A DNA stretch of 64,000 nucleotides. Source: Takakia lepidozioides. Taxonomy: Eukaryota; Plantae; Bryophyta. The stretch spans positions 17,174,001 to 17,238,000 of the forward strand of contig CM060733.1 of NCBI GenBank assembly GCA_030704615.1. Direction: 5' to 3'. The notes beneath the pieces were generated by a model, which was not told the DNA's origin, made no database searches, and was given only the letters and a program-made list of their open reading frames with translations. Below, in pieces: positions 11,017-24,500 of this stretch. The translations under genes were made by a program, and so were the position numbers. Within the stretch, counting starts at the first letter, position 1, and every line of letters starts with the position of its first letter.

Positions 11017-13767
11017 TAAGATTGAACTGGAACCAGGGTCAGTACCAATCAAGCAGGCAAGGTACAGAATGAATCCCAACTACGCACAGAAGGTTGGAGA
11101 AGAGATCAAGAAGTTGGCTGAGGCTAAGTTTATATACCCAATAGAGTATACAACTTGGTTGTCACCCATTGTAATAATTCCCAAGAAGAATGGTAAACTA
11201 AGAGTTTGTGTGAACTACAAGAAGCTGAATGCTTGTACGAAGAAAGATCCTTTCTCTTTGCCATTCACAGAAGCAGTATTGGACACTGTGGCAGGCCATG
11301 AGATGTACTCATTCATGGATGGCTTCAGTGGTTATAATCAAGTGCAAGTGGCAGAAGAAGACCAAGGAAAGACAGCTTTCATCACAGACTGGGGTGCTTA
11401 TGCATACAAAGTCATGCCCTTTGGATTTTGTAATGCACCAGCAACCTTTCAGAGAGTGATAAGTGAATCTTTTCATGAGTATCTGGATGATTTCATGCAG
11501 GTGTTCTTGGATGATTTCAGTGTGTACAGCTCTAAGAATGAGCACTTGCATAAATTGGAGTTATGTCTGGCCAGATGCAGGATGAGAGGTCTGGGCCTGA
11601 ATCCAGAGAAATGTACTTTCTGTGTGAACTCAGGCGTGCTTCTGGGACACATTGTGTGTAAGAGGGGACTTCTTGTGGATCCCAGGAAGACATAGGCCAT
11701 TAAAGCCTCTCCACCACCAACAAATGTTAAGAGTCTAAGGAGATTCCTTGGGCAAACCAGTTATTACAGAAGATTTGTCAAAAGGTATGCACAAATAGCA
11801 GCACCATTGAGCAAACTTCTGAAGAAAGATGCAGTGTTTGCATGGACAGCTGAATGTCAACAGGCTTTTGAGGAACTTACATTGTTAGTAACAACTACAC
11901 CTGTGCTGATTAACCCTCACTGGCATATAGTATTTCATGTTCACTGTGATGCCTCAGGAGAAGCGTTGGGAGCGGTGTTAGCCCAGAATGTTACAGGAAA
12001 TATAGATTCACCTGTGTACTATGCTAGCAGGTTGATGAACAGTGCTGAAAGGAACTATAGCACAACTGAAAGAGAAGCACTGGCAATGATTTATGCAGTC
12101 AAGAAATTCAGGCATTACCTATTGGGAAGAAAATTTATGTTTTATGTGGATCACCAGGCTCTGATATATCTGGTGAACAAACCTTTGATAAGTGGAAGGA
12201 TAGCGAGGTGGTTAATAATCTTGCATGAGTTTGAGTTCGAAGTTGTTTACAAGCCTGGCCGTTTGCATCTTGTGGCAGATCATTTGTCACGACTAACAAC
12301 AGGAGAGGCCGCCACAGGAATAGACGATCAGTTACCTGATGCGAGTTTATTTGTAATGGAGGTGCAAGGAAGTGCAGATGAATGGTTAGATTGGCAGTGG
12401 CCAATCAGATACTACCTTACTCATGGTCAATGCCTACCTAGTTATGGTAAGGAGCAGAGGAAGAGAATCGCTATCAAGGCTTTACCTTATACTATGGTAG
12501 GAAGCAGAATGTATAAGCTAGGACCTGATGGAGTACTAAAACGATGCTTGTACCACCATGAAGTAAATAAAGTTTTGGAGGAAGTTCATAAAGGAGTGGC
12601 TGGAGGTCATTTTGGAGAAGAGACTACCAGTAGGAAGATACTACTCGCATGTTACTGGTGGCCTACTTTGTTCAAAGATGTACACAAGTATTGTTAGAGT
12701 TGTGATGAATGTCAGAGGCTAGGACCTTTGCAGAGACCTGGAAAGATGGCCTTGCATCCTACAATGCCTACGGAACCATTTCAGAAATGGGGACTAGACT
12801 TTGTTGGACCAATTAACCCACCAGCCAATAATACACAGAACAGGTACATAATTACAGCCACTGATTATACTACGAAGTGGGTGGAAGCTAAAGCTTTGAG
12901 GGACAACACAGCCAAGTCCACAGCAAGGTTCCTGTATGAGAACATACTTACACGATTTGGCTGTCCCTTGGAATTTATCAGTGATCAGGGAAGTCACTTC
13001 ATTAATGAGACCATTGAATTATTGACTAAAGAGTTCATGATTGTGCATAGGAAAAGTACAACATATTACCCACAGGGTAATGGACAGGCAGAGGCTACCA
13101 ACAAAATACTATGTACTATCTTGGCTAAGATAGTCAATGCAAACAGAACGGATTGGGATACAAAGCTGCTGACAGCTTTGTGGTCATACAGGACTTCATA
13201 TAAAGTCACCACTAAGTATACACCATTCCAATTAGTTTATGGTATGGAAGCTTTACTTCCAGTGGAATTCCTGTTACCATCCATGAGAACGGAATGGGGA
13301 AAGAGAATGGAATTGCAAGATTCAATTAAGGTCCGGAAACATGAATTATACCATGTGGAAGAAGTACGTGCTGATGCAGCTGATAACATGACCAGAATTC
13401 AGATGAAGAGAAGGAACAGTTTGATGAAGGCAAGATAAAGACTTTTAAGACGGGAGATTTGGTTCTCTGGTTGCAGAAGAAGGGAAAGATTAAAGCTTCT
13501 AAGCTTAAATCACCATGGAAAGGACCTTATGTCATACAAAAGATGTATGATAACGACACCGTCATGTTACAAACCATTAACAAAGAGATGCTGGGAAGAG
13601 TCAATGCCAATAAGTTGAAGGGGTATAGTGGTATCCATGACAAACCATTGCAGCATGATTTGCATGTTGAAACGCAAAAGCAGTCACGGGCTGCGCCAGT
13701 GATACCAACGGAGTATGGAGCACTTGTCGCTAGGCCAAGCATATATGACCAGGGCGGGCAGAACAAA

Positions 13768-14040
13768 CGCGACACAGCCTATCACAGCCCATCAAGGCAC
13801 GACACAGCCTATCACAGCCCATCACGGTGCAACACAGCCTATCATAGCCCAGCATGGCGCCACACAGACTATCACAGCCCATCACGGTGCAACACAGCCT
13901 ATCATAGCCCAGCACGGCGCCACACAGACTATCACAGCCCAGCACGGCGCAATACAGCCTATCACAACCTACCACCGCGTGTCACAGCCTATCACAGCGT
14001 ACCACAGTATGACACAGCCTGTCACAACTCAACACAGCCT
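13768..14040 (+). repeat. 30-bp tandem repeat (ACACAGCCTATCACAGCCCAGCACGGCGC-like, about 8 units) after pol
   Basis: Visible periodicity; translates as NTAYHSPARR-type decamers. Confidence 0.9.
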
Positions 14041-14759
14041 ACTAGGGTTACACAATCCATAGAATCAGTGACAGGTGGACGCAGGATAACTTCAGGGAAA
14101 TGGCCGGCGGAAGAAAGGACGGAAGCCAATTTAGAAAGGGACACGTGGAAGTCAGGGCGCAACACACAGCTGAGAAGGAAGTGCAAGAACAGATGTCATC
14201 AAGAAAGAGGACAAGAATGGCCGTCAAAATACCTACTTAGCACGTCAATTCGGATGAATGGCGGGCCCATTAATGAATACAGAAAAGGGGCAACAGAACA
14301 AACGGCAAGCACAGAAAAACGAAATTCTTGTCACATGTGTTATCCTAGTGGACAGTCCAGCAGGGAAAGTCCACTAAAGAAAATTAAATCTAAAAAACAG
14401 TCACAGCGGTTACAGCCAATCGAAAGCTAGAAAAGGGATCAAGAAATTGGAGGGAATTTAAGCGCAAGAGTCGGCGTCGTTCTAAGTAACGGGCGTCTCG
14501 ACGGGACAAACCATCAATGCTATAGCTTTGAAGCTATGGAGGAACTAACAGACTATACGCTCGCAATATTACTTACGCAGTGGCATAGGGACGGAAGAAC
14601 AGAGCGGATTTTTTCTCTTGATCGATGCTTGCAAGCCCCGCAGGCTTACAAGAAATTACCCATAGTTTTTTGTGGCAACCATACGTTTATGCTTTGTGCC
14701 CTGCAGGCATTTCTTCAATTGTTATAGCCAAAACCTTTCTGTGGGTCTAGAATAAAGAG

Positions 14760-17700
14760 AGTGAGAGGAATGGAAGAAATCAGGGTGAAGAGCACCACAA
14801 TCCTGCAGAAACAAACGATTGCTACTCCACAGCGGTACAGTTACTGAAGGAGCCGCGATTGGAAGGATTGCAAAGCAAAGATTGGACATTGCACCATAGA
14901 CAGTACATGTTACAATTCTTGCAGAACTTTGAGCCTAGGACATGAGCAACAACGGTGAAGGGAGTTGAATTAGAAATTACTCCCCTATATCTACAACAAT
15001 TGTTTCAATTGCCAGCAAGTCAGGTGCATGTGGAGGAGCACAGGGCAAGACTGCAAATAGGGGACTTATTCCAAGAAGGGAGTTTCTTTAAAACTCAGGT
15101 TTATGCTTGTACCAAGGCCGTGTACCCAGGGCTAAGGGAGGTAGGCCAGGTATTGAACGTTCTGTTTGCCATGAAACAGAACCAACAGTATTTGAGCAGA
15201 TCCTTCACAGAGGAAATACTCAAAGCCCTGAGAGGAGAAGAGGTAGAATGGGCGGACATAATGTATAACGCACTGGTAGAGGAGATGAAAAGATTACAGG
15301 GCACTGCCGCAAAGTCTCCTATCATAGTGTCTGGCCCAATCATTGCTCAAATAATTCTTGATTCTGGCATACTTGATGCTCGAGAAAGAAAGGAGATGGG
15401 AGTGTTTGAGACTGAAACCACTGCAATGGAAGAGCAAAGCTCTTCACACAGTGAGGGTGGACTGGCAGGGCAACCCCAGACTAAGAGACCGAGGCAGGGA
15501 AAGACTGTAGTGGCGGATCCACTGGCTTCACGGAAACCGCATGATAATGTTTCCTAAGCTCTTGTGCAGGAATGGGCACAGCAGCACAGAGAACTGCTAT
15601 TATTGGAAGCAGGACCTTCAGAGAGGGAAGAGGAAGTTACTTCAGTATCACAGCCATCACAGCCAGATGATCGGCTTGTCACAGAGTTACCACAAGTCGT
15701 CCATGCAGTTCCACCAGAAATAATTGATTTGGAGAAAGAAGGGTTAGATATTCCCACTACAGAACAGGTGGTGGCAGAAATTGAGAAGGGGGACCTTCTC
15801 TATGAATATTCTGGTCTGGTCAAGGAAACAGTGATTCCGGTGGTGCAACGGTTGTCCAGGGGAAACCCTGCGGTGCATATAATGCACACACCTGTGACGG
15901 AGGTACCACAGGTAGAATGTCAAGACACTGCAGCACCGGTGACGGATGAAGTGGTTCAGGAAGAAAATCTGGTGGGGCAATGGCCTGAGTGGTTCGTGAG
16001 GCATCACACTGTTGAGGATCAGGGAGAACAGCAGCAAGCTCACCATGATGACCCTCAACAGGCCATGCTTATGAGTTCCATAAGCATGACACTTAATTTG
16101 TTGGGCACTTATGTCAAATCCCATGTTCCAACTACCCAATTGACAGCTTTGAGAGAGGAACTCAGGAAGGAGTTTGAGGCTCGACTTGCGACTGAGTGTG
16201 CAAACAAGGTCGATGAAGAGGTCACTCTCAAGATGCAGCAAGACTTAGAGAATACAGAAGTGGCTTTGCAATTGGCCAAGGAACAATTGATTGAGGCAGG
16301 CCTCGCGCAAGACCAGTTGCACGAAGCACATAAGCAACAGTTATACCAAATGCAGGTGAAGCATGAAAGCAAGTTGCAAGAAGTGAATGCACTATATACG
16401 GAGTTGCAGACAGTGCATGACAGGATGGCCATACAATGCACTACACTCACAACAATGCTTGACCAAGCTACAATAGAAATAAACAGTCAAGCGGAAAGAT
16501 GTACGAAGGCAGAGACAGATAATGTTGAGCAATTGAAACTCATTGTCGATATGAAGAATACAATCTGTCGCAATGAGAATACTTTCAAACAATACAGGCA
16601 GGTTGAAGCTGACCAAGAGAGGTACATCCTGGAGTTGCAACAAACGCTCATGGTAAATAGAAATGAACTCTCTGTGGCTAACAAGGCTTGGAAGGAAGCC
16701 AATAATCTGGCTGCTGCCTATGCGAGTTTGGTTGAACCTCATGCGAAGCGCATGGAGGCTTTACAGCAGCACATAGATGTGTACAGGCTCACAAAGGAGA
16801 AAACTCTAAGGGGTGCCACAAGCAACTTGGTGGATAACCACCTTATGCAGGTCTGGTTAGCAAAAGGGCCGGTGGAGAGCAAAGCACCACGAAAGCTCAC
16901 CCAAAGCGAGATGAATGAGCTCAGACTGCAAGTCTAGAACATTGCCACAACTACTATAGACAATGTCTATAGTAGGATAGCGGAGTTACAGGAGGATGTA
17001 GACGGCCTGCAGACTCAAGTGGAGGACCTCACTTCAAATATCGACAAAAGAGTCTGTGTACCAGATGAACAGCTAATGGCTTCTTATTTACAAGCGAGAA
17101 CTTTGGCTTTTCAGTCTTCTTCCCAGGGGGTGCAGGAGATGCCAGTGGTACAAGAGCCAGTGCCACCAAGACCACAACAAGTCACTGTGACAGTAGCTGA
17201 CCCTGTTGTTACTACAGCCACACCACAGCCACCACAGCCACCACAGCCTGAGGTATGGGGGGATGCTGCTTTTAACCCACCTAAAACTCCTACTGCACGG
17301 GAGTACAGTCGAGCTATGATTATGCTCTTCAACCAAATTCCCATTGTGTTGGATTTGGCTTGGAAGGAATTTAGTCCTCCACAGTCATTGACACATTACT
17401 ACCAGATCATGCGCATTTGGCTGCCAGTGGCAACTAGGACTAAGGTTCTTCCAAACAATCGACCCATTGAGGATCATCACTTTGCGAGGTACTGGCATGA
17501 GGCAAGTACCATGTTGAAGGAATTAATTGCCTTCCAAGTTGTACATGGATTCATTTATACCAAGACCAAAGAGGTAGCAAGTATTGTCATGGGCTGCGGG
17601 TTATACTACGCTGCTTGTTTTCTGGTACGTTATCACATTGAGCAACAGAAGATGCAAACGCGCTTTCTGAATTATTCCAGTGGGGATCATTGGGTCTTAC

Positions 17701-18317
17701 CTTCAGTACCACCTCATATGTACCTATATGAGGCAAAAGTTATGATACAAAAGGATTCTCAGATTCGTTCATGGTTTCATGCGGCCTGGAACAATTTGTC
17801 AACACAGAAATTCGGGCCTGACGATATTTTCTTTAAGGGACATGAGGCATGGAAATATTTGCACAATTCACAAGTCATTGGTACACCACTCACCTGGACA
17901 GACAAGGAGCTTAGGGTCTTCACCAATTTTGCAATTCAGCGCTTACAACAAGTTTTACAATTTAAACTTCCAGACATGGTGGGACAACATTGTATGCCCC
18001 AGAGAATTCCAGTTAAAGTTCGACAGTTAAAACACCTCAGGGGGGACGAGGATTCTGATACAACTGTTTCTTCAGCGGACTCTTTTGACATGGCAGAAGA
18101 CTATGCAATTCAGATGGCAGAGAAGAAGCGATGGGGGTCTCCTATGTCTGAAAGATTACCTCGATATCAACCTCCAGAGGGACTGACATATCCAGGTAGT
18201 GTTCAATCATCTCCCTCAACCAGTGACAGAACACGGGCTCGCACACGGAGTCCTTCACGAGACTCTAACCGTCAGAAGGGTGCTCGCTCACAAAGGGTTA
18301 CAAATCCCAAACAGTAA
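14760..18317 (+). pseudogene. Extra sense-strand ORF of the gypsy element (Athila ORF2/env-like: N-terminal plant transposon protein domain, acidic region, coiled coil)
   Basis: ORFs 14955-15557, 15564-16937 and 17019-18317 share one frame broken by stops. QFLQNF..VKGVELEITPLYLQQLFQLP and GEEVEWADIMY resemble the Athila-ORF domain. Heptad-rich region at 16100-16900. Confidence 0.7.
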
Positions 18318-18355
18318 ACCGTGAGGACACGGCTTTTTGAGAGAGGAAGGGGTAA

Positions 18356-19209
18356 TGTTAGAGGACTGTCTGGGACTTAGACACTTTTACGGGATCTGTG
18401 GGGTACCCTTAATTTTTGCACAGACTGAGACCAACAGGAGCCTTAGGGGTGATAGCAGCGCACTTTAGGAGGGGTTACACAGTCCGTCACAGCCGACACA
18501 GCTCGTCACAGTCCAACACAGCCTGTCACAGCGACACAGCTCGTCACAGTCCAACACAACCCGTCACAGCCAACACAGCTCGTCACAGTCCAACACAGCC
18601 CATCACAGCCCGACACAGCCGACACAGCCGACACAGCCAGACACAGCCGTCACAGCCAGTCACAGCTCGACACAGCCGACACAGCCCAACACAGTCGCAC
18701 AGCCAGTCACAGCTTGACACAGCTGTCATGACCATAGAGAACGGATAGCAGGATAGGGAACGACTGTGGAAAACAACATCTGCGAATGGAACATGTTAGT
18801 TCACGGATGACGGTTAGTGAGGGAAACGGTTAGAACAACGGGTAGGAAGATAAAGCCAGGAGCAAGGATTGGAAAAGGATCACTTCTTGGGGGGACTTCG
18901 AACATGACTGGGGGGAAATGAGGCAGAGAGCGCATCTCTGAGCAGAAAGAGGGAGAGCACGGAGTAGGAGGAGGACGATCTGTTGATGCTTGATGAATGC
19001 AAGCAGTAGAGTTGTAATGTAGAGCAGATTAGAGACTCCATGGCTTCAGCCTGATACTTGATAGATATTAATCTGATACATACTTCATACTCACACTGTG
19101 TAGAGAGATCTGAGTGAAGTTGTGGAATGAATGGATGAATTGATGGAATCCGATAGATTGCTGAAGCAAACTGATACTTAATTACCAACAGTAAGGTAAC
19201 TAGCTAACA
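18356..19209 (+). repeat. 3' LTR (TGTTAG...CTAACA) with internal CACAGC-rich tandem repeats at 18475-18725
   Basis: Follows the PPT; 6-bp terminal inverted repeat. Confidence 0.8.
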
Positions 19210-19377
19210 TGAATGCGGGAAGGAAAACAAATAAGAAACACCCCCATGATACACTAGTTGTAGGTCATGACTGATTGTTCTGAGCGGGCTGAGTGCTTAG
19301 AGATTTCCAACTCTTCTATCTTGGAGTTTCCGCCTCGGATAGCGAAGGGATGGGTGAGTAAAAGCCGCGCGACACCT

Positions 19378-19503
19378 GCAAGCATCTTTATTTAATCTTC
19401 CTGAACTATGATTTGTGATCCCAAACACGACATTTTCATTCACCAGGCCACCATGAGTTTCAACGAGGTGAATACACTTATGCAGCGGGATAGAAGCACA
19501 TAG
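19378..19503 (+). pseudogene. Inverted second copy of the SWIM protein C-terminus
   Basis: CKHLYLIFL..(fs)ICDPKHDIFIHQATMSFNEVNTLMQRDRST* versus CKHLYFIFLRMMVCDPKRDNFIHQATMSFNEVDTLLQRDTTHG* at 9882-10012. Confidence 0.85.
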
Positions 19504-21571
19504 GAAGAAGCTGACTTTCGTTCAATGCAATTTCCACGACTGAGGAATGTGTGCCATTTTAATAGTGTGATCAATGCAAAATAAATGGGATGGATAAACA
19601 TGCGTTGACATGTTTCCGGTTTCCCATTTCCGGTGTTTTCGTATTCTATTTACCCTGAATGAATGCCACGGCAATAGGTCCCTCAGCTATAGGCGCTAAT
19701 GTTTCTGTTGACATGGCGTCTGCCACGTTGGCCGAATCCCACGTGGACTGCCACATGATGTTGTTCATTGCCATGTCAGCACGCTCATGCCACGTCAGCG
19801 TGAGCCGACGCTCATGCCACATCAGCTGCTGGTCCCCTACGCTCACACCATGTCAGCATAGCGTGAGCGCGCGCTCACGCGGTAGTGTCGTTGCATAGCA
19901 GGGACATGGTATGGAGGCTTTGGAGACAGGTCTATGATCAAATGATGGGGGAAGGGGGGCACCTTCTTCAATAGCATAGCGGCTATAAGTGGGTAGATGG
20001 TCAACTGGAAACAGCAACGGCAACAGCACAATTGATAGAACAAGGCCCACTGCTAACATGAAGGTACTTTCTTCAACATATTTCACCTTGTTTTCCCCTG
20101 CTATCAGAGTCGTCCCTAAATTTTCATGTTGAATTCTGCAAGTTACCTCGTTGGTGGATCTATGGTGGTGTTGGAGTGATTTTGTTATGTTACTGCCAAT
20201 GTGGTCGACAGGAAAGTATTGAATACAGATAATAAGAGATGTGGAGAAGCTCTGGAATGAATACAATTCGGACCCCAGTCAATGGTGGAACAATCCAGGC
20301 AAAAAGGTGAATGCCTGTTGGAAGCAGACGCAAGTAAAAACTAGTGCAATAAGTAGGGTTGGGGTGTTTGCTAGAACAATTCTAGGATGTTATTGTCAGC
20401 TGCTAGCATCAAGGCAAGGATGTATGCATGATTTGTGCAGAGGCATGGATAGCTGAAGGAGCAGGGAGTAGTGTGGGTCCAGATTCATCCAAGAGGGCCA
20501 GATTTGAAGCTCCAGATCGCCTACAATTCCCTGTGGAAGCAGCACACACCTCGCGCACACAAGAGATCATCTTGGGTGCATGGTCAGTCAAACCCTCCAT
20601 GGGTCATGACATAAGGTTGAGGACAATGTGGTGAGGGCACCTTCTTCTTCGACCTATTTCAGCCTATTTTCCCCTCTCATCAGACTTAGCCCTGAATTTA
20701 CATATTGAATGTTGTAAGTTAGCTCGTTGGGTGGATGTGGGGTGGTAGGTAGTGACTTTGACAAGTTACTGCTAATGTGGCAGCAGGAATGTCGCGGCCC
20801 TTTGCCTTGAGGGCAGGGGGTCGGGACACATGAGGGGCTGCCCCTGTGGTGGGGGCAGCGGCAGTGATAGGTATGGGGGGCTGAAGCACCCTTGAGTGCC
20901 CAAGGCACTCAGGGAAGCGGAGGCGCTCACTAGGTGGAGCCCCGCACACCGGGTTGCGGTGGGGGTGGCTCCACAAGGAGTGGTGGTAGCTTAGCGGGAC
21001 TTAGTGGGGGTGGCATAGGACTCACCATGGGGGCGGAGAACTCGTGGTGGGAGTCGTGGGGAGTCTTGGGACTCATCACAGTCCATAGGGGCCGTGGTGA
21101 GTGGGCCAAGACTCACCGCGACTCATCACCGGGAGTCGAGGGTTTTCGTGGTGGTTCGCCATAAAATGGCATGGCTGGTTGTGAAACCCCCGCGGACAGC
21201 TACAGAAGTATATATAGGGAGAAGTAACCCCGAGAACGGTGCAAGCCCATTGGTGACCAAAAACTAGTGAGTAAGCGAGCGAGCCGGAAAGCGACCAAAG
21301 AGTGGGGAGCTGTTCCGGACTGCCAACTACCAAAGGGAATTCCCGCTGGTTCCAAATCGGTGGAGGGTTCTTTGGGAGAACAAAGGGGGACCGTTATGCC
21401 CCGGTGAGCAGCCGAAGCTCCAAGTTGGCCCGGCGGCCAGGTTGGGAGTCAAGCGCGCGCATCAAAGCGAGTAACTATGACTTGAGGGGGAGCTTGCCGA
21501 AGTGAGGTGCGCGACACTTGGTATCAGAGCCTAGAGTTCAGTACGCAATCGTCCTTGGGTTTGGCCTCATC

Positions 21572-24500
21572 ATGGGGTCGGGCAAGCCGAAGCAAAAGCG
21601 GAACGGCCCAAAAGATGATGATCCTGGTGAGCCCGATGGGGGCGACGTGTCACCGAGGCGGCCGTTTGAGGAAGCGATGCATGTTTCCAAAAACGAGGCT
21701 GCTCAAGAGCGGGAGGAATCCGAGGAGTCGGAGCCCAAGGAATCCTTGAGAGCTCCGACAAACCAAGAGATGCCTCCCATGCCGGCAGCCTTTTGGGAAG
21801 GGTTGTTGGCGCAATTTGGCGGGACGTTGAAAGACGTGTTGAAGGCGGCTAATGCCACTTCCACTAAGGCAAAGTTTAAGGTGAAGCCTAAGGAACCCGG
21901 CACCTTCGAGGGCGTCCAAAATCGGAAGGCACTCAACACCTGGCTCCTGGAGCTAGAGCAATACTTCCGGGTGGCCAAGTTGAGTGACGAGGATCGGGTG
22001 GAAGTGGCTCTCACCTATTTGAGGGGCTATGCTCAACAATGGTGGCAAAAACGCCTTCACGACCGAGGTCCAAGCCCGGAAACCTTGAACTGGAGTGGGT
22101 TCAAGGAATTGATGAAGAGACAGTTTGTGCCCCTCAACGCGTCCTGGCTTGCCCGGGACAAGATGAGGAATTTGAAGCAAACAGATGACATTCGGGGGTA
22201 TGTCCAGGCTTTCAATGTGCTGTTGCTCGAAGTCGCGGACATGGCAGAACCAGAAATGGTCTTCAACTTTGTGGCGGGACTGGCCCCATGGGCCAGGCGG
22301 AAGTTGGAGGAGAAGCCACCCAAGACTTTGAACGAGGCAATTGAGAGGGCTGAATGTTTCTCGGATGTCCCTAAGGGTGAGAGACAAGGCCGTACGGAGC
22401 TGAAGCACAAGAAGACCCGGCGGGAAGGTGACTCCTTCCGACCGGAAAAGAAGTGGGATAGGCCACGCAGCGACAATGGCACGTGGAAATCGAAGGGAGG
22501 GCCTTCACACGTCAAGGCACCCGACGCTTCGAAAGGAAAAGCGGGTGGAGCGGCTTATGGCGGACAAAAGGCGACCTTTGATGGAGTGTGTTTCAATTGC
22601 GGGGAGCCCGGGCACATGGCCAAGAAGCGCACGAAACCTCGACAATTGAACATGACTCGGGCAACCACGGAGCTGTCGGAAGATACCATCAGTCGCTTGG
22701 TGGAAGCGGTGGTCGCCAGGACTTGCAAGGTAGGAAACTATTCTTGTGAGTTGTATCAGGAAACTGGCGCCCTGCGTAAAGGGAGTCAGTTATTGTTCGT
22801 GGATGGGATAATATTTGGAACTAACGTGTCGTTGTTGGTGGACACAGGAGCGTCGCACTCCTTCATGACGCCGGCGGCGGCGCGAAAGTTGGGACTCCCG
22901 ACAAGTGACGTGGGGGCCTCCATTGAGGTGCGTTCTGCCAAAGGAGAACCACAGATGGTGACAAGGTTGGCGTTTGATGTTCCTCTTCAACTGGGGAGTT
23001 GGGAGGGATGTGAGAACTTCACCATCTGCGAGATCGATGGAGTGGATCTCATTTTGGGGATGACCTTTTTGAGCAAATCCGGAGCGGTCATAGATGGCCG
23101 CAAGAGAGTAGTCACGCTGCCATGTGGGAATGGTGGCGAGGTCTTACGAGTGTCGGAAACGCCCAAATCCGTGGGAGGGCGAATAAACCTTCTGTCAGCA
23201 AGGGAGTGGGCCGTGGAGGAGGCACACAAGCCCCAATTTTTGCTTTACATTAGAGAAGTGAAAGGAGAAGGCGACGGGGAGCCGAGCCCAGATTGGATCA
23301 AGGGGATTTTGGAGAAATACCAGGATGTGATGCCGGAGGATTTACCAAGCGGCTTGCCACCGCGAAGAGGAGTTGACCACAAGATTGAGGTGATACCGGG
23401 ATCGGAATCGCCTGCCAAGGCACCCTACCGGTTGAGCCACAGGGAGTTGGTCGAGCTGAAGACTCAGCTCAAGGATCTAATGTCAAAGGGGTACATCCGG
23501 CCGAGTAAGTCACCTTGCGGAGCCCCGGTGCTATTCGCAGACAAGAAGGATGGGACGTTGCGGATGTGTGTCGATTACAGGGCTTTGAATAAGGTGACTA
23601 TTAAAAACCGGTACCCTTTGCCAAGGATTGATGACCTTTTCGACCGGTTGGCAGGAGCGAAGTATTTCAGCCGGATCGATTTGCGCTCCGGCTATCATCA
23701 AATTCGGGTGGCGGAAGGGGATGAGGAGAAGACCGCGTGCAGGACAAGGTATGGTTCATATGAGTTCTTGGTGATGCCTTTTCGGCTCACCAATGCACCT
23801 GCAACCTTTAGCACGCTGATGAACAATCTTTTTCAGGAGTGGTTGGATGACTTTGTGATCGTGTACATCGACGACATCTTGGTGTACTTGAAAACAAAGG
23901 AAGAGCACCTGGAGCACCTCAAAAGGGTGTTCCAAAAGTTGCGGGAAGGGAAGCTGTACGCCAAAGCTTCAAAGTGCGAATTCGGGGTCACGAAAGTGGA
24001 GTTCTTGGGGCATGTGATTACACAGGATGGGATCAAAATGGATGACAGAAAGGTGAGGGCGATCTTGGACTGGGAGCCTCCGACTTCGGTCCCGGGAGTG
24101 CGATCCTTCCTAGGACTCGCCTCCTATTACCGGAAGTATGTGAGAAATTTTGCCAAGATCGCGGGGCCGCTGTCGGACCTTATGTGTAAATCCAAAGTCT
24201 GGGTATGGAACACATTTTGTGGCCAAGCTTTTGCTGAATTGAAGCAGCAGATGGCGGAAGCTCCAGTCTTAAAAATCCCAGAGTTCGATCGTCCATTTGA
24301 GATTCATACAGATGCGTCGGACTTCGCGATTGGGGGTGTACTGATGCAAGATGGACGTCCAGTGGCTTACGAAAGTAAGAAACTGAATGAAGTGGAGCGA
24401 CGGTGGCCGACGCACGAGAAAGAGATGAAGGCGGTGGTGCACTGTCTTGAGCTTTGGCGCCACTATGTTGGTTCCAACCCAGTGAAGGTGTTCACGGACA

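Larger units (their letters stand above)
11007..19209 (+). mobile_element. Non-chromoviral Ty3/gypsy LTR retrotransposon (Athila/Tat-related), 5'-deleted: RT-RNaseH-INT, repeat spacer, extra ORF, PPT, 3' LTR
   Basis: RT (DGFSGYNQ, MPFG, FLDD), RNaseH (CDAS, YVDHQAL), integrase (GHFG..C..C, WGLDFVGP, SDQG, GNGQAE), with stops at 11693 and 12695. PPT GAGAGAGGAAGGGG at about 18339-18352. Confidence 0.93.
9289..19894. mobile_element. SWIM-finger DNA element (Mutator-like, inferred) with long imperfect inverted ends, interrupted by a gypsy element
   Basis: 9289-9490 is an inverted match to 19650-19894 (GCAACGAC...GTCGTTGC termini, shared GCGTGAGC/GCTCACGC motifs). SWIM ORF inside. No clear TSD. 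Confidence 0.6.

Noticed and set aside
13768-14040. CRISPR-like periodicity
   Set aside because: Contiguous tandem units with no unique spacers, inside a eukaryotic retrotransposon.
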